40,295 bases of DNA from contig NC_068988.1 of NCBI RefSeq assembly GCF_001194135.2, positions 42,257,687 through 42,297,981 on the forward strand, read 5' to 3'. The notes under the pieces were generated by a model that saw only the letters and a program-made list of their open reading frames with translations, was not told where the DNA came from and searched no databases. Positions 39,861 to 40,295 of the stretch are shown piece by piece (the first letter of the stretch is position 1; the number at the start of each line of letters is the position of its first letter). The position numbers were made by a program, and so were the translations under genes. The DNA comes from Octopus bimaculoides (lineage: Eukaryota).

Positions 39861-40049
39861 CATTTTTCTCTTTTTTTTTCTTTTCTTTTCTTTTTTCTTT
39901 TTCTTTTTTTTTTTGTCTCTAGACATCAATTAACAAATATTCAAACTGCAGTGTGGGAAAGCTAGCATGGCATGAGTATTTCTCTCACTCCTACTCTGAA
40001 GTGTGTATACATTTCTTTGATGGACTCTGTATAACGTGTATATATATAT

Positions 40050-40250
40050 ATATTATTATGATTGACCGTTGACTGGACACTATTCAATTTTTTTTCTCCG
40101 TGTGTTTCTCCTTGTCTCCGTATTCTTTCTGTTGAAGAGCGTAGCTCGAAACGTCAAAGACTTTCCGTATTCCCGAGCGTCATACTAATACATCCTTTTG
40201 TTATTTACACCACCTGTCCTCGTCTGTTGTTGTTTTTTCGTATATTCTCC
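40050..40250 (+). mobile_element. Short repeat carrying a minimal hammerhead-like motif (Penelope pLTR or retrozyme-like)
   Basis: CpG-containing island between (TA)n tracts; contains tcttt-ctgttga-a-gagc-gta-gctc-gaaac-gtc-aaaga. Confidence 0.55.
40124..40160 (+). ncRNA. Putative minimal type I hammerhead ribozyme (non-canonical core)
   Basis: Stem I UCUUU/AAAGA; core CUGUUGA (consensus CUGANGA); stem II GAGC/GCUC; GAAA; short palindromic stem III AC-GU; cleavage triplet GUC at 40153-40155. Confidence 0.5.
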
Positions 40251-40295
40251 CATATATATATATATGTGTATGTATATATATATATATATATATAT

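Overview
Eukaryotic, AT-rich, repeat-dense draft-assembly sequence with six N gaps. The interspersed repeats and microsatellites look like a coleoid cephalopod, most likely Octopus (inference from recognised repeat families, not from a search). One host gene spans most of the window on the minus strand and is invisible in the ORF track as a whole. It is a DUF389-family multi-pass membrane protein, rebuilt by hand from 11 GT-AG exons (37959 to 9126; 1362 nt, 453 aa plus stop, all phases compatible), with its 5' exons outside the window. The rest is transposon debris: two full-length but dead mariners, two pogo/Tigger remnants, several RTE, R4-like, Tx1-like and CR1-like LINE fragments, Penelope-like GIY-YIG fragments and several SINE-like families. 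The most unusual structures are a head-to-head inverted pair of Penelope endonuclease fragments, a near-perfect 119-nt intronic hairpin, an array of TTCCTGGAA motifs with variable spacers, a 1.8-kb modular foldback-like element, and a minimal hammerhead-ribozyme-like motif. I found no convincing wholly new system; these are the best candidates for follow-up.
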